NCBI GenBank assembly: GCA_040767965.1
Contig: JAXGNR010000004.1
Location: forward strand, 576,001 to 640,000
From: Atribacterota bacterium
Lineage (GTDB): Bacteria > Atribacterota > Phoenicimicrobiia > Phoenicimicrobiales > Stramentimicrobiaceae
Direction: 5' to 3'
DNA length: 64,000 bases
Shown one piece after another: positions 32,121-41,839 of the stretch. Made by a program: the position numbers and the translations under genes. Position 1 is the first letter of the stretch; each line of letters begins with the position of its first letter. Below the pieces are notes generated by a model. The model ran no database searches. It saw nothing but the letters and a program-made list of their open reading frames with translations, and was not told where the DNA came from.

Positions 32121-33590
32121 ATGAATATTATAAGCATATGTAAGAGTAATTCTTTAAAGTTAAAAATGATATTTATTTTATTTTTTTTAACTTTTCCCCT
32201 ATGCAATAACAGCTTTATTGTATTTGCTGACATAGATAAAAATGAATACTTAATAGAAAATAATTTTGGAAATTTTGGAAATAAAGAAGGTGAATTTAAT
32301 TACCCGGTAGGAATAACACTTGATAGAGATAACAATATATATGTAACTGATTGGGAAAACAACAGGATACAAATATTTAATAATAATGGTGAATTTATTA
32401 AAACAATACCAGGTGAAAATTCTAATTTTAGCGTGAATGGTCCAGTAGGTATAGTACTGGATAGTGATAATAATATAATAATTACCGAGCAACATAATCA
32501 TTCGGTGCACAAAATATCAAGAGAAGGTAAATCTATTTCGATTTTTGGAAAAAACGGAACAGGGTTAGGCGAGTTTGACAATCCAAGAGGAATTGCTATT
32601 GATGAGAATGACAATATTTATGTAGTTGATACTGGCAATAATCGAGTTCAAGTTTTTTCTAAAGATTTTAATTTCCTGTATTCATTTGGCAGAGAAGGAA
32701 TGGGGGATGGTGAATTCTATTACCCAAGAGGAATAGTTCTTGATAAATCGAACAATATCTTTGTAGCAGATACATTTCATCATCAGGTACAAATATTTGA
32801 TAATAAAGGTAACTTCATCAATAGAATTGGCAATCCGGGAGATGGTTATGGTGAATTTGATGGAACAAGATATCTTGCAATAGACAAGAATGATAATTTA
32901 TTTGTGACAGACTATAGAAATGGAAAAGTAGTTCAATTTGATAAAAATTATAATATTATTTCCGAATTCGGCAATGACGAAAACAACAATCTGGATTACC
33001 CAGAAGGAATTGCTGTTGACCAGAGGGGATATGTTTATATTGCTGATGCCGGTAATAATCGCATAGTTAAATATTCTACTTCTCAAATTATAATTAATAT
33101 GAAAACAGGGTTGCAATTTATCGAAGAAAAGGAATGGCAAAAAGCATTGGATCCATTAAAAAAAGTATTGGCTGAAGATCCGGACAATTACGATGCAAGA
33201 AAAGCACTTGCTTATGCCTATTTTCAGAATAGACAATTTGAAAATTCTATAGATGAATATACTGTTATATTGAAAGAGTATCCTGAAGACCAAAATTCTA
33301 AAATAAAAATTATTGATTCTCATTTCATATTAGCTGAAAATTTATCCAGAGAGAACAAATACAAAGAATCCTTGCAGCATTATAAAAGCGTAATGAATGA
33401 ACAGAATGATTATCCTGGAATAAAAAGACTTTATTATGTAACTTATATGAAATACCTGGCAAGTTCTTTAATTATAAGGATTGTCTTATTAATTATCATT
33501 GTAGCTGTTTTGTTTTATATTTTAACAAAAAAAATATTTAACAAAAATATCAGAGGAAAACATACAAAAAGGAAAAACAGTCCCTTTTAA
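32121..33590 (+). CDS. Exported NHL-repeat beta-propeller + TPR protein with C-terminal membrane anchor
   Basis: Hydrophobic N-terminal signal, six NHL repeats (F..P.GI..D...IYV.D..N.RIQ), TPR-like helices, C-terminal TM (IIRIVLLIIIVAVLFYIL) and basic tail. Confidence 0.85.
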   Translation: MNIISICKSNSLKLKMIFILFFLTFPLCNNSFIVFADIDKNEYLIENNFGNFGNKEGEFNYPVGITLDRDNNIYVTDWENNRIQIFNNNGEFIKTIPGENSNFSVNGPVGIVLDSDNNIIITEQHNHSVHKISREGKSISIFGKNGTGLGEFDNPRGIAIDENDNIYVVDTGNNRVQVFSKDFNFLYSFGREGMGDGEFYYPRGIVLDKSNNIFVADTFHHQVQIFDNKGNFINRIGNPGDGYGEFDGTRYLAIDKNDNLFVTDYRNGKVVQFDKNYNIISEFGNDENNNLDYPEGIAVDQRGYVYIADAGNNRIVKYSTSQIIINMKTGLQFIEEKEWQKALDPLKKVLAEDPDNYDARKALAYAYFQNRQFENSIDEYTVILKEYPEDQNSKIKIIDSHFILAENLSRENKYKESLQHYKSVMNEQNDYPGIKRLYYVTYMKYLASSLIIRIVLLIIIVAVLFYILTKKIFNKNIRGKHTKRKNSPF

Positions 33591-33637
33591 TTCACTTATT
33601 TTTTTATTTTTAAATTTAAAAATATAATAATATTATA

Positions 33638-33673
33638 TTAAAGGATTAAAGATTAAAGGATTAAAGGTAAAGA
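33638..33673. repeat. Short degenerate tandem repeat TTAAAG(G)A, 4-5 copies
   Basis: TTAAAGGA TTAAAGA TTAAAGGA TTAAAGG TAAAGA read directly. Confidence 0.55.
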
Positions 33674-33903
33674 TGGATAGTAGGTTTAAATAATATTATT
33701 TTTAGATTACATTATTACATCTTAGATTATATTTTTAATATTTTTAAAAGGAAATATTGAATTAAATAGATTAATAAACAATTAACAAAAATAAATAAAT
33801 TAATAAATATTAGTTTATTAGTTAATTATTCACTATCATTATTATATAGTGATTCTAAATCTAAAGAAGTTATTTATTATTTATTTGAAGGGGGGATGTT
33901 TTA

Positions 33904-34809
33904 ATGATGTATAAAAGAAAGGCAATTGTTGCAGGGTCTTTTTACGATATGGACAAAGAATCCTTATTAAAACAATTAAAGAATTGTTTCTTACATGAAA
34001 TAGGTCCACAAAAAATCCCAAAATTTAATAAAATATCCTTAAAAAGAGAAAGAAATATAATGAGTGTTATTTCTCCGCATGCTGGTTATGTATTTTCAGG
34101 TCCTGTTGCTGCCCATCATTTTCTTGAATTATCAAAAGAGGAAACGCCTGAAACAATAATTATAATTGGTCCTAATCACCGAGGATTTGGGGCTGATATA
34201 GCTATTATGGATAAAGGCTATTGGGAAACACCTCTTGGGATCATTGAAATAGATGAAAAAATAGCTGCTGATATTATAAAAAATGATAATAAGCATATTA
34301 TCCAGGTTAATACAAAAGCTCATCAATATGAGCATTCCATTGAAGTACAATTACCTTTTTTGCAATATATTTATTTCAGTGACAGCTTTAAAATATTACC
34401 AATATGTATAGCCAATCAGGATTATGAAACAATAAAGGAATTTTCAAATATAATATATAAGTCAACATTGAATAATTCAATTTTACTTATTGCCAGCACT
34501 GACTTTACCCATTATGAAAACCAGGAAGCTGTTAGTCGTAAAGACTCTGAATATATTAATGATATTTTAAACATGGATACTGATATGTTTTATAAAACAA
34601 TAATGCAGAATAATGCTTCTGTTTGTGGTTACGGGGCAATTGGTATTGTAATGGAATATTCTAAAAAAATAAATACCTGCAAAGGCAAACTATTAAAATA
34701 TGCTACCTCTGGTGATGTTTCAGGAATAACCGATCAAGTTGTGGGATATGCTTCCATTGTTTTTGAAAAAGAATTTAGCGGAGAAAAGATCCAGAAATCA
34801 GAAATCTAA
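33904..34809 (+). CDS. amrB: AmmeMemoRadiSam system protein B (MEMO1 family)
   Basis: R...VAGSFY, SPHAGYVFSG, GPNH, EHSIEVQLPFL, STDFTHY, CGYG, YATSGD..VVGYA. Confidence 0.92.
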   Translation: MMYKRKAIVAGSFYDMDKESLLKQLKNCFLHEIGPQKIPKFNKISLKRERNIMSVISPHAGYVFSGPVAAHHFLELSKEETPETIIIIGPNHRGFGADIAIMDKGYWETPLGIIEIDEKIAADIIKNDNKHIIQVNTKAHQYEHSIEVQLPFLQYIYFSDSFKILPICIANQDYETIKEFSNIIYKSTLNNSILLIASTDFTHYENQEAVSRKDSEYINDILNMDTDMFYKTIMQNNASVCGYGAIGIVMEYSKKINTCKGKLLKYATSGDVSGITDQVVGYASIVFEKEFSGEKIQKSEI

Positions 34810-35006
34810 TAAAATATCTAAAGTGAGAACTTATATATTCAAATATAAAGATATAAAGACAAAGAATGTTTAGACACTTGCTTTTGAATTTTTTAAAATA
34901 ATATTAATTTAAATTAATTAATGAAATAATAATATAAAAACACCTGACTTTAAGAAATATGTGAAGGTATTGCAAGAAATTGGTCAGGTTTTTCAAAATA
35001 TTCTTA

Positions 35007-35034
35007 ACTTAACATAAGATATATTATCGGACAT
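35007..35034 (-). other. dif site (XerC/XerD chromosome dimer resolution site)
   Basis: Minus strand ATGTCCGATAA-TATATC-TTATGTTAAGT; 11-6-11 architecture, right arm 10/11 identical to E. coli XerD arm TTATGTTAAAT; lies exactly where gene orientation flips. Confidence 0.88.
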
Positions 35035-35057
35035 AATGTAAATTTTACAAATATTTT

Positions 35058-36008
35058 TTAGCAATTATTGCACCCCCTCTCCAGCATAATTTTTGCTATA
35101 TATTTGGCACACTGTGAATTATTTTCAAAATCATCAACATCAATGTAATGATCTACAGGTATCTGATTTTTAAACCAGCTGATTTGTCTTTTTGCAAAAT
35201 TTCTAGTTTCTTTCTTTATTTTTTCTACAGCCTCTTCTTTTTTTATTTTTCCTTTTAAAAATAGTGATATTTGCTTATAACCGAGACCTTGCATAGAATT
35301 AGAATGTTCACAATTATATTTTTTTAAAATATAATTAGTTTCCTCAATTAATCCATCTCTAATCATTAAATCCACTCTTTGATTTATTCTTTCATATAGC
35401 TTGTTTCTATCCATAGAAAGACAAATTATTGAATATTTATATTTTGTGTAAATTTCTTCCTTATTATGAAAAGATGAAAAAGGTTTTCCTGTTAAATGAA
35501 ATACTTCTAAAGCGCGAATAATCCTTTTTAGATCATTTGGATTTATTTTTAATGAGTATTTGTAATCAAATTTTTTTAACTGTTCAAATAAAAAATCATT
35601 TCCTTTATCCTGCAGTATTTTTTCTAGTTGCTGGCGTATATTGTAATCCCGTCCTGGGCCTAAAAACAATGGTTTTATGAAAGATTTTATATACAGCCCT
35701 GTTCCACCTACAATAAATGGTTTTTTGTTGGAGATGAGGATATTTTCTATTTCTTTCAATGCTGTTTGTGCGTATTGAGCAACATTAAAATCAACATCTG
35801 GTTCAACAATATCAATACAATGATGGGGAACTTTGGTTAATATATCCAAAGAAGGCTTGTCAGTACCAATATTCATCTCCTTATATATTTGCATTGAATC
35901 AGCTGAAACTATTTCAATCTCGGGGATATATTGAAAAATATCAATGGATATATTTGTTTTTCCAGAGCCAGTGGGTCCGGTAAGGATAAATAAATTATTG
36001 TTTAACAT
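35058..36008 (-). CDS. miaA: tRNA dimethylallyltransferase
   Basis: GPTGSGKT, SADSMQIY, IGTDKP, VGGTGLY, RNFAKRQ.SWF. Confidence 0.96.
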   Translation of the reverse strand: MLNNNLFILTGPTGSGKTNISIDIFQYIPEIEIVSADSMQIYKEMNIGTDKPSLDILTKVPHHCIDIVEPDVDFNVAQYAQTALKEIENILISNKKPFIVGGTGLYIKSFIKPLFLGPGRDYNIRQQLEKILQDKGNDFLFEQLKKFDYKYSLKINPNDLKRIIRALEVFHLTGKPFSSFHNKEEIYTKYKYSIICLSMDRNKLYERINQRVDLMIRDGLIEETNYILKKYNCEHSNSMQGLGYKQISLFLKGKIKKEEAVEKIKKETRNFAKRQISWFKNQIPVDHYIDVDDFENNSQCAKYIAKIMLERGCNNC

Positions 36009-37338
36009 CAATCAATTCTCCATAAAGAGTATAAGAATCGGTGTTTATTATTTTAATGATGACAAATTTACCAATTAAGTTGTTATTTTTTTCATCTCTA
36101 TGATAAAAAACTGCTGTTTTATTAGTTCTAGTTCTTCCCCAATACTGATTTTTTAATCCCTTTTTAGATTTATTTTCAACTAATATTTCATAGTTATTAT
36201 TAATCATTTCCTGATTTTTTTGTAAAGAAATGGCCTTTTGAATTTCCATTAATTTCCAAAGCCTTTCTTTCTTAATATTTAAAGGAATTTGATTTTCAAA
36301 AAGAGATGATAAAGTATAGTCTCTATTGGAGTAAATAAAGGTATATGCTGAATCAAACCTTATCTTTTTGAAAGCTTCAATGGTATTGGTAAAATCTTCT
36401 TCTGTTTCCCCAGGGAAACCTACCATAGCATCAGTGGTTATACTTGCTTCTGGTATGTTCGATTTGATATGGTTAATAATTTGATAATATTGAGACATGG
36501 TATATTTTCTATTCATGCGATAGAGCATCCTATCAGATCCGGATTGCAAAGGTAAGTGTATATGTTCACAAATATTTTCCCCATTTTTGATTACTTTTAT
36601 CAAGTCTAAATTGAAATCTTTAGGATGTGATGTTGTAAACCGAATTCTTTTAATAAGACCAGTATTGTTTATTTTTGTTAACAGGGATAAAAAATTATTA
36701 TCGCTATTGCCATCATTGCCGTATGAATTGACATTTTGCCCTAACAATAATATTTCTTTGTAGTTTTCTTGTGAGAGGTTTTTAATTTCTGCTAATATTT
36801 CTTCAACAGGTCTGCTCTCTTCAGCACCTCGGGTATACGGGACTATACAATATGAACAAAAATTATTGCATCCTTTCATTATTTGAATATAAGCTACAAG
36901 GTCGCTTTTGTGTTTTATTGGGGTATTATTAATTTTAAAGATTTTCTTATTATTACAGTGGATTATTGTTTTTTTACTATCTAAATATTTTTTTAATAAT
37001 ACATCAATACTAGCTACCTGGGATGGACCAAAAATTAAATCAATAGCCGGGATTTTCTCTTTAATAAAAGATTTTTCTTTTTGTGCTAAACAACCGCAAA
37101 TACCAAAAATAATCTCAGGATTTTCTTTTTTAAGAAGGCTTATTTTCCCAGCCATACTATATATTTTGTGCTCAACTTTTCTTCTTACACAACAAGTATT
37201 CAATATTATTATATTAGCCTCATCAATATTTAAGGCAGCAGTGCAACCAATATTTTCCAATTGTCCTGCAATGAATTCAGAATCATTTACATTCATTTGG
37301 CAGCCAAATGTTTTAATATAATACTTTAATTTAAACAT
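35995..37338 (-). CDS. miaB: tRNA-i6A37 methylthiotransferase
   Basis: TFGCQMNVNDSE, NTCCVR, GCNNFCSYC radical SAM motif, TRAM domain. Confidence 0.95.
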   Translation of the reverse strand: MFKLKYYIKTFGCQMNVNDSEFIAGQLENIGCTAALNIDEANIIILNTCCVRRKVEHKIYSMAGKISLLKKENPEIIFGICGCLAQKEKSFIKEKIPAIDLIFGPSQVASIDVLLKKYLDSKKTIIHCNNKKIFKINNTPIKHKSDLVAYIQIMKGCNNFCSYCIVPYTRGAEESRPVEEILAEIKNLSQENYKEILLLGQNVNSYGNDGNSDNNFLSLLTKINNTGLIKRIRFTTSHPKDFNLDLIKVIKNGENICEHIHLPLQSGSDRMLYRMNRKYTMSQYYQIINHIKSNIPEASITTDAMVGFPGETEEDFTNTIEAFKKIRFDSAYTFIYSNRDYTLSSLFENQIPLNIKKERLWKLMEIQKAISLQKNQEMINNNYEILVENKSKKGLKNQYWGRTRTNKTAVFYHRDEKNNNLIGKFVIIKIINTDSYTLYGELIDVKQ

Positions 37339-37428
37339 ATTAAATTACTTTCCTTATTGTATATTTCTTCAAATCTTTTAACTTCTAATTAAGACTAATT
37401 TAAAAATATAATAAAAACAGTATAATAT

Positions 37429-37489
37429 AATACAAAAAGAAAGAAGATAGCATTATTTTACTTTCTTCTTTCTTTTTTCTTTTTGTATT
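37429..37489 (-). terminator. Hairpin/terminator between rny and miaB
   Basis: AAAAAGAAAGAAGA (37434-37447) pairs with TCTTCTTTCTTTTT (37464-37477); alternative outer AATACAAAAAGA/TCTTTTTGTATT pairing. Confidence 0.45.
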
Positions 37490-37549
37490 TAACAATTCAA
37501 AATAATTTAAATTCCAGATTAATGTGATTGTATTATTTATTAGTATTTT

Positions 37550-39103
37550 CTATTTTGCATACTCTACTGATCTAGTTTCTCTTATCACGTTCACTTTTAC
37601 CTGTCCAGGGTAATCAATGTTTTTTTCAACTTTTTTGGAAATATCTCTGGATAATTTTGCTGAAAGATAGTCATCAATCTCTTCAGGATTTACAATTATC
37701 CTTATTTCTCTTCCTGCCTGGATAGCATAACTTTTTTCAACACCTTCAAAGGAGTTGGCAATTTCTTCGAGTTGTTTTAATCTCTTTATGTATGTTTCCA
37801 GCATTTCTCTTCTGGCACCTGGCCTGGAGGCTGATATCGCATCAGCTGCTTGAATTAATATTGCTTCAATCGTTTCAGGCTTTTCGTCTTCATGGTGAGA
37901 TGCGATTGCATTTACTATTTTTGGAGATTCGCCATTTTTACGAGCGATATCTGCACCAATTAAAGCATGCGGACCTTCTATTTCTACGTCAGCTGCTTTT
38001 CCAATATCGTGAAGCAATCCAGCCCTTTTGCAAAAAATACCATTAAGGCCAAGCTCATCTGCCATTATGCCTGCGAAATATGCGACTTCCTTAGAATGCT
38101 GTAATACATTTTGTCCATAACTTGTTCTATATTTTAATTTTCCTAAAATATTTATAAGTTTAGGATTTAAATTTCTTACATTCGTATCAAAAACTGCCTT
38201 TTCCCCTTCTTCTCTGATATTATTTTCGACAATTTTTTTAGAATTTTCAATTACTTCTTCAACTCGAGCAGGTTGAATTCTGCCATCAGTTATTAGTTTT
38301 TCTAAAGCAATTCTTGCAATTTCACGTCTTACAGGATCAAAACCGGAGATTATCACTGCTTCCGGTGTATCATCGACTATCAGATCGACACCGGCTATCC
38401 TTTCAAAAGTTCTGATATTTCTTCCTTCTCTACCAATTATTCTTCCTTTCATATCCTCATTTGGCAAAGAAACAACTGATATAGTGGATTCTACTGTATA
38501 TTCAGATGAATACCTTTGAATGGCTAAAGATATTATGTTCCTGGCTTTTTTTTCTCCCTCTTCTTTAGCTTTTTCTTCAATATTTTTGATAATTTTACCA
38601 GATTCATGTTCTAGCTCTTTTTCTAGTATTCCTAGCAATTCATTTTTTGCTTCATCAATATCTAATTGTGATATTCTAACCAATTCATCTTTCTGTTTTT
38701 GATTTAACTGATTAATTTCTTGTGATTTTGTATTTATTTCCTGCTCTTTAAGCACTAAGTCTTTTTGTTTTTTTTCAATTAATTCCAACTTTTGAACCAG
38801 GTTGTTACTCTTTTTTATAAGTTGTTCGTTTATATTTTCAAGTTTATTTCTTTTTTGTTGACATTCAATTTCACTTTTTCTAATAATCTGGTATGCTTCT
38901 TCTTTGGCATGTAAATGAGTTTCTTTTTTTATAGATTCAGCTTCTTTCTTAGCATTTTCAATAATTTGTTTGCCTGCTTTTTCCGATGATGCTAATTTTG
39001 TTTTAGCAAAGAAATTAGTCAGAAAAAAGCCGATCATTATTCCTATTAATATTACTATAATAGAAAAAATGGATGTATTAATGGCTTTCACCCCCCTATT
39101 CAA
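37550..39103 (-). CDS. rny: Ribonuclease Y (start uncertain; possibly ATT at 39082)
   Basis: N-terminal TM, coiled coil, KH ([13 protein letters not shown]), HD (LLHDIGK), [12 protein letters not shown]. Confidence 0.96.
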   Translation of the reverse strand: MNRGVKAINTSIFSIIVILIGIMIGFFLTNFFAKTKLASSEKAGKQIIENAKKEAESIKKETHLHAKEEAYQIIRKSEIECQQKRNKLENINEQLIKKSNNLVQKLELIEKKQKDLVLKEQEINTKSQEINQLNQKQKDELVRISQLDIDEAKNELLGILEKELEHESGKIIKNIEEKAKEEGEKKARNIISLAIQRYSSEYTVESTISVVSLPNEDMKGRIIGREGRNIRTFERIAGVDLIVDDTPEAVIISGFDPVRREIARIALEKLITDGRIQPARVEEVIENSKKIVENNIREEGEKAVFDTNVRNLNPKLINILGKLKYRTSYGQNVLQHSKEVAYFAGIMADELGLNGIFCKRAGLLHDIGKAADVEIEGPHALIGADIARKNGESPKIVNAIASHHEDEKPETIEAILIQAADAISASRPGARREMLETYIKRLKQLEEIANSFEGVEKSYAIQAGREIRIIVNPEEIDDYLSAKLSRDISKKVEKNIDYPGQVKVNVIRETRSVEYAK

Positions 39104-39349
39104 TTTAAAAGGTTCATATTTATTTATTAAATAAAGAAAAATTTATAATATTTTTTCTTTTCTACATTCAAAAGAGCATAATATAATTTAGACAACATGG
39201 TTAAAAAAAAACAAAAAAACAATAGAAATAATTATATTTTGAATATAAATAACTGTAATATTTTATAACTATCAAAAATAAAAGTCAAATATATTCAACC
39301 ATTTACCTTTGATAACAAGCATGCTACAGAAAATAAAAAAATAATTATT

Positions 39350-39997
39350 TCACCCTTGCCATTTTTCTATGAAATATCTTATTACATTGCTGGAAAACCC
39401 TCTGCTTTTAAGTAGATTTACCATTTTATTCTGATCAAATTCAACATTTTTTAATAAAAAAGAGTCTTCTTTATTTTTAAGCATTTTATTAGCCAATTCA
39501 ATTTCATCATCAACGTTTTCAAAAAAATAACATATGGTATCTGTAATAATATCATATGTTATACCCTTTTTTAGCAGCTCACTTCTAATCTTTAATATCC
39601 CCATAGGTTTATTTAATAAACGATCTTTGATCCATGATATTGCAAATTCTTTGTCATTTATATAATTTAAATCTTTAAGCCACTGGATAATATCTGTTAT
39701 AACCTCATCAGAATATTTCTTGTTTTTAAGCTTATTTATCATTTCCTGTTCTGATCTTTGGCGATAAGAAAGATATCTTATAGCATCTTTCTTTGCATTA
39801 GATATACCTTCTGATTTCCGCAAATAATTCAGAGTTGATTTGTCAATTAGTTTATCGATATAGAGATTTAAATCATTTACAACTGTATCATCTATCTCTA
39901 AAGTAGTATCATTATCAATGCTTATTATTCTTTTTGTTATATCACCTTTTTTTATTTTAATACTAGTTATTTTCTGATATTTCTGATTTTGTTTCAT
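39350..39997 (-). CDS. recX: Regulatory protein RecX
   Basis: [37 protein letters not shown]; overlaps recA end. Confidence 0.9.
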   Translation of the reverse strand: MKQNQKYQKITSIKIKKGDITKRIISIDNDTTLEIDDTVVNDLNLYIDKLIDKSTLNYLRKSEGISNAKKDAIRYLSYRQRSEQEMINKLKNKKYSDEVITDIIQWLKDLNYINDKEFAISWIKDRLLNKPMGILKIRSELLKKGITYDIITDTICYFFENVDDEIELANKMLKNKEDSFLLKNVEFDQNKMVNLLKSRGFSSNVIRYFIEKWQG

Positions 39998-41033
39998 TAT
40001 TAGAATCTTTTCCAAGAAGGTTTGGTAAATTTACAGCTAATAATATTTTTTCTTCAATTTCTTTTGCCATTTGTGGATTTTCCAACAGGTATGTTTTGGT
40101 GTTTTCTTTTCCCTGACCTAGTTGTAAATCATTATATGAAAACCAGGTACCTGATTTTTTTATAATTTCATGTTCAACACCCAGGTTAAAGATATCACCT
40201 TCTCTGGAAATACCTTTACCAAAAATAATATCAAATTCTGCTTCCTGGAATGGGGGGGCTAATTTATTTTTGACAATTTTAACTTTGACGTTGATACCAA
40301 TATTCAAATCATTCTTTTTGATTGATGCTTTTCTTCTGATATCCAGCCTTATTGTTGAATAGAACTTTAAGGCCCTTCCCCCAGGAGTTGTTTCCGGGTT
40401 TCCAAAAATAATTCCAATTTTTTCCCTGATTTGGTTAACAAAAATCATAGTGGTCCTGGATTTATTAATTATACCGGTAAGCTTTCTTAAAGCTTGCGAC
40501 ATTAAACGAGCCTGCAGACCCATTGAAGAATCTCCCATATCGCCTTCTATCTCAGCTTTAGGTACCAGGGCGGCAACGGAATCAATAACAATAATGTCAA
40601 CAGCATTGCTTCGAACTAATGATTCAGCAATTTCCAATGCCTGCTCACCTGTGTCAGGTTGGGATATTATTAATTCATCAATATTAATCCCGATATTTTT
40701 TGCATAAACAGGGTCCATTGCATGTTCTGCGTCTATAAAAGCAGCAATTCCATTATTTTTTTGAGCCTCGGCAATCATATGTAATGCAAGAGTAGTTTTG
40801 CCGGAAGATTCTGGACCAAAAATTTCAACTATTCTTCCCCTGGGAACTCCTCCTATCCCCAATGAAATATCCAAGGATAGAGAACCTGTTGATATTATAT
40901 TACTACCGGTCACTTTAGGCCTGTCGCTAAATTTCATGATTGAGCCTTTTCCAAAGCGATGTTCTATATTGTCCATCGCCATTTTTAGAGCTTTTTCTCT
41001 TTCAGAAATATTACTACCTTTATTTTCTTTCAT
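39963..41033 (-). CDS. recA: Recombinase RecA
   Basis: [38 protein letters not shown]; no intein. Confidence 0.98.
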   Translation of the reverse strand: MKENKGSNISEREKALKMAMDNIEHRFGKGSIMKFSDRPKVTGSNIISTGSLSLDISLGIGGVPRGRIVEIFGPESSGKTTLALHMIAEAQKNNGIAAFIDAEHAMDPVYAKNIGINIDELIISQPDTGEQALEIAESLVRSNAVDIIVIDSVAALVPKAEIEGDMGDSSMGLQARLMSQALRKLTGIINKSRTTMIFVNQIREKIGIIFGNPETTPGGRALKFYSTIRLDIRRKASIKKNDLNIGINVKVKIVKNKLAPPFQEAEFDIIFGKGISREGDIFNLGVEHEIIKKSGTWFSYNDLQLGQGKENTKTYLLENPQMAKEIEEKILLAVNLPNLLGKDSNNETKSEISENN

Positions 41034-41143
41034 ATAATGCTCCTTGTAATTATCTTTATCTTAAACAAACCATTTATTTTACAGCCAGTAATGGCTGGTG
41101 TTTAAAATTTGTATAGTATTTGTGCGATACTTTTGTAGCTAGT

Positions 41144-41746
41144 TTAAATATTCTTTAAAAAAGGAAAATTGCTTATGCAATTATAAATAGGTCCTTTCGG
41201 GGTTAATACACTCTCCATTAGATCAATAGAACTAACATTTTGTTTGTATACTTTAAAAGGTATATTTTCAAATAATATATTTGTATTTTTAATGTATGTT
41301 GCATTTTTGATTCTGCTTAAAGTAATGTGGGGAATGATGGATTTTTCAGATTTAAAGAAAGGTTCTAATTTTAGTTCACGATTAAAATCATCATATATTA
41401 TTTTTATTTCCTCGTAACCATCTTTTATTCCAATCCAGATAATTTTTGGGTATTTATTATTTGGGAAAAAGCCGATCTCTTTAGCTAATTCAATATTAAA
41501 AGAGTTCTTTTTTGATGAAATATTTTGCAATGCCCTAATAGTTTTTTCTATTTCCAGAGAATTTAAGTTCCCTAAAAATTTTATTGAAATATGTAAATTA
41601 TCTATATCTACATTTTTTATTTTTATACTATTCTTTACAGCATTAACCGAAATAGTATTACTTATTGAAAAAATATAGTCTTTTAATTCTTTATTTATGT
41701 TTATTGCAACAAACACTCTTTTAGAATCATTAATATAATCAGAAAT
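41144..41746 (-). CDS. thpR: RNA 2',3'-cyclic phosphodiesterase (2H family); start uncertain (GTG 41716 or ATT 41746)
   Basis: KRVFVAI, LHISIKFLG and PHITLSR HxS/T motifs, S.LTPKGPIY; upstream of recA. Confidence 0.88.
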   Translation of the reverse strand: MSDYINDSKRVFVAININKELKDYIFSISNTISVNAVKNSIKIKNVDIDNLHISIKFLGNLNSLEIEKTIRALQNISSKKNSFNIELAKEIGFFPNNKYPKIIWIGIKDGYEEIKIIYDDFNRELKLEPFFKSEKSIIPHITLSRIKNATYIKNTNILFENIPFKVYKQNVSSIDLMESVLTPKGPIYNCISNFPFLKNI

Positions 41747-41839
41747 AGATGGGTCACCACCTTTTATTTTTTTAATTAGTCCAATCGTATTTTAATTTTC
41801 CCGTAAAGTACCCAGAAAAGAATATATTGTGAAAATTGA

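Noticed and set aside
33591-33903. CRISPR array or ncRNA in this AT-rich spacer (also checked 21955-22233 and 31058-31357)
   Set aside because: No 25-40 bp repeats with spacers and no GC-rich structured segment
31358-34809. tRNA-anchored genomic island (plsC, NHL protein, amrB)
   Set aside because: No integrase, no duplicated tRNA 3' end, and composition looks like the flanks
35027-35054. Second overlapping dif-like site on + (..GGACATAA TGTAAA TTTTACAAAT), suggesting a dif-integrated element
   Set aside because: Right arm does not match the TTATGT core, and no mobile cargo is nearby
27114-41033. Inteins in V-ATPase A or RecA (known hotspots)
   Set aside because: Both proteins have normal length and continuous motifs
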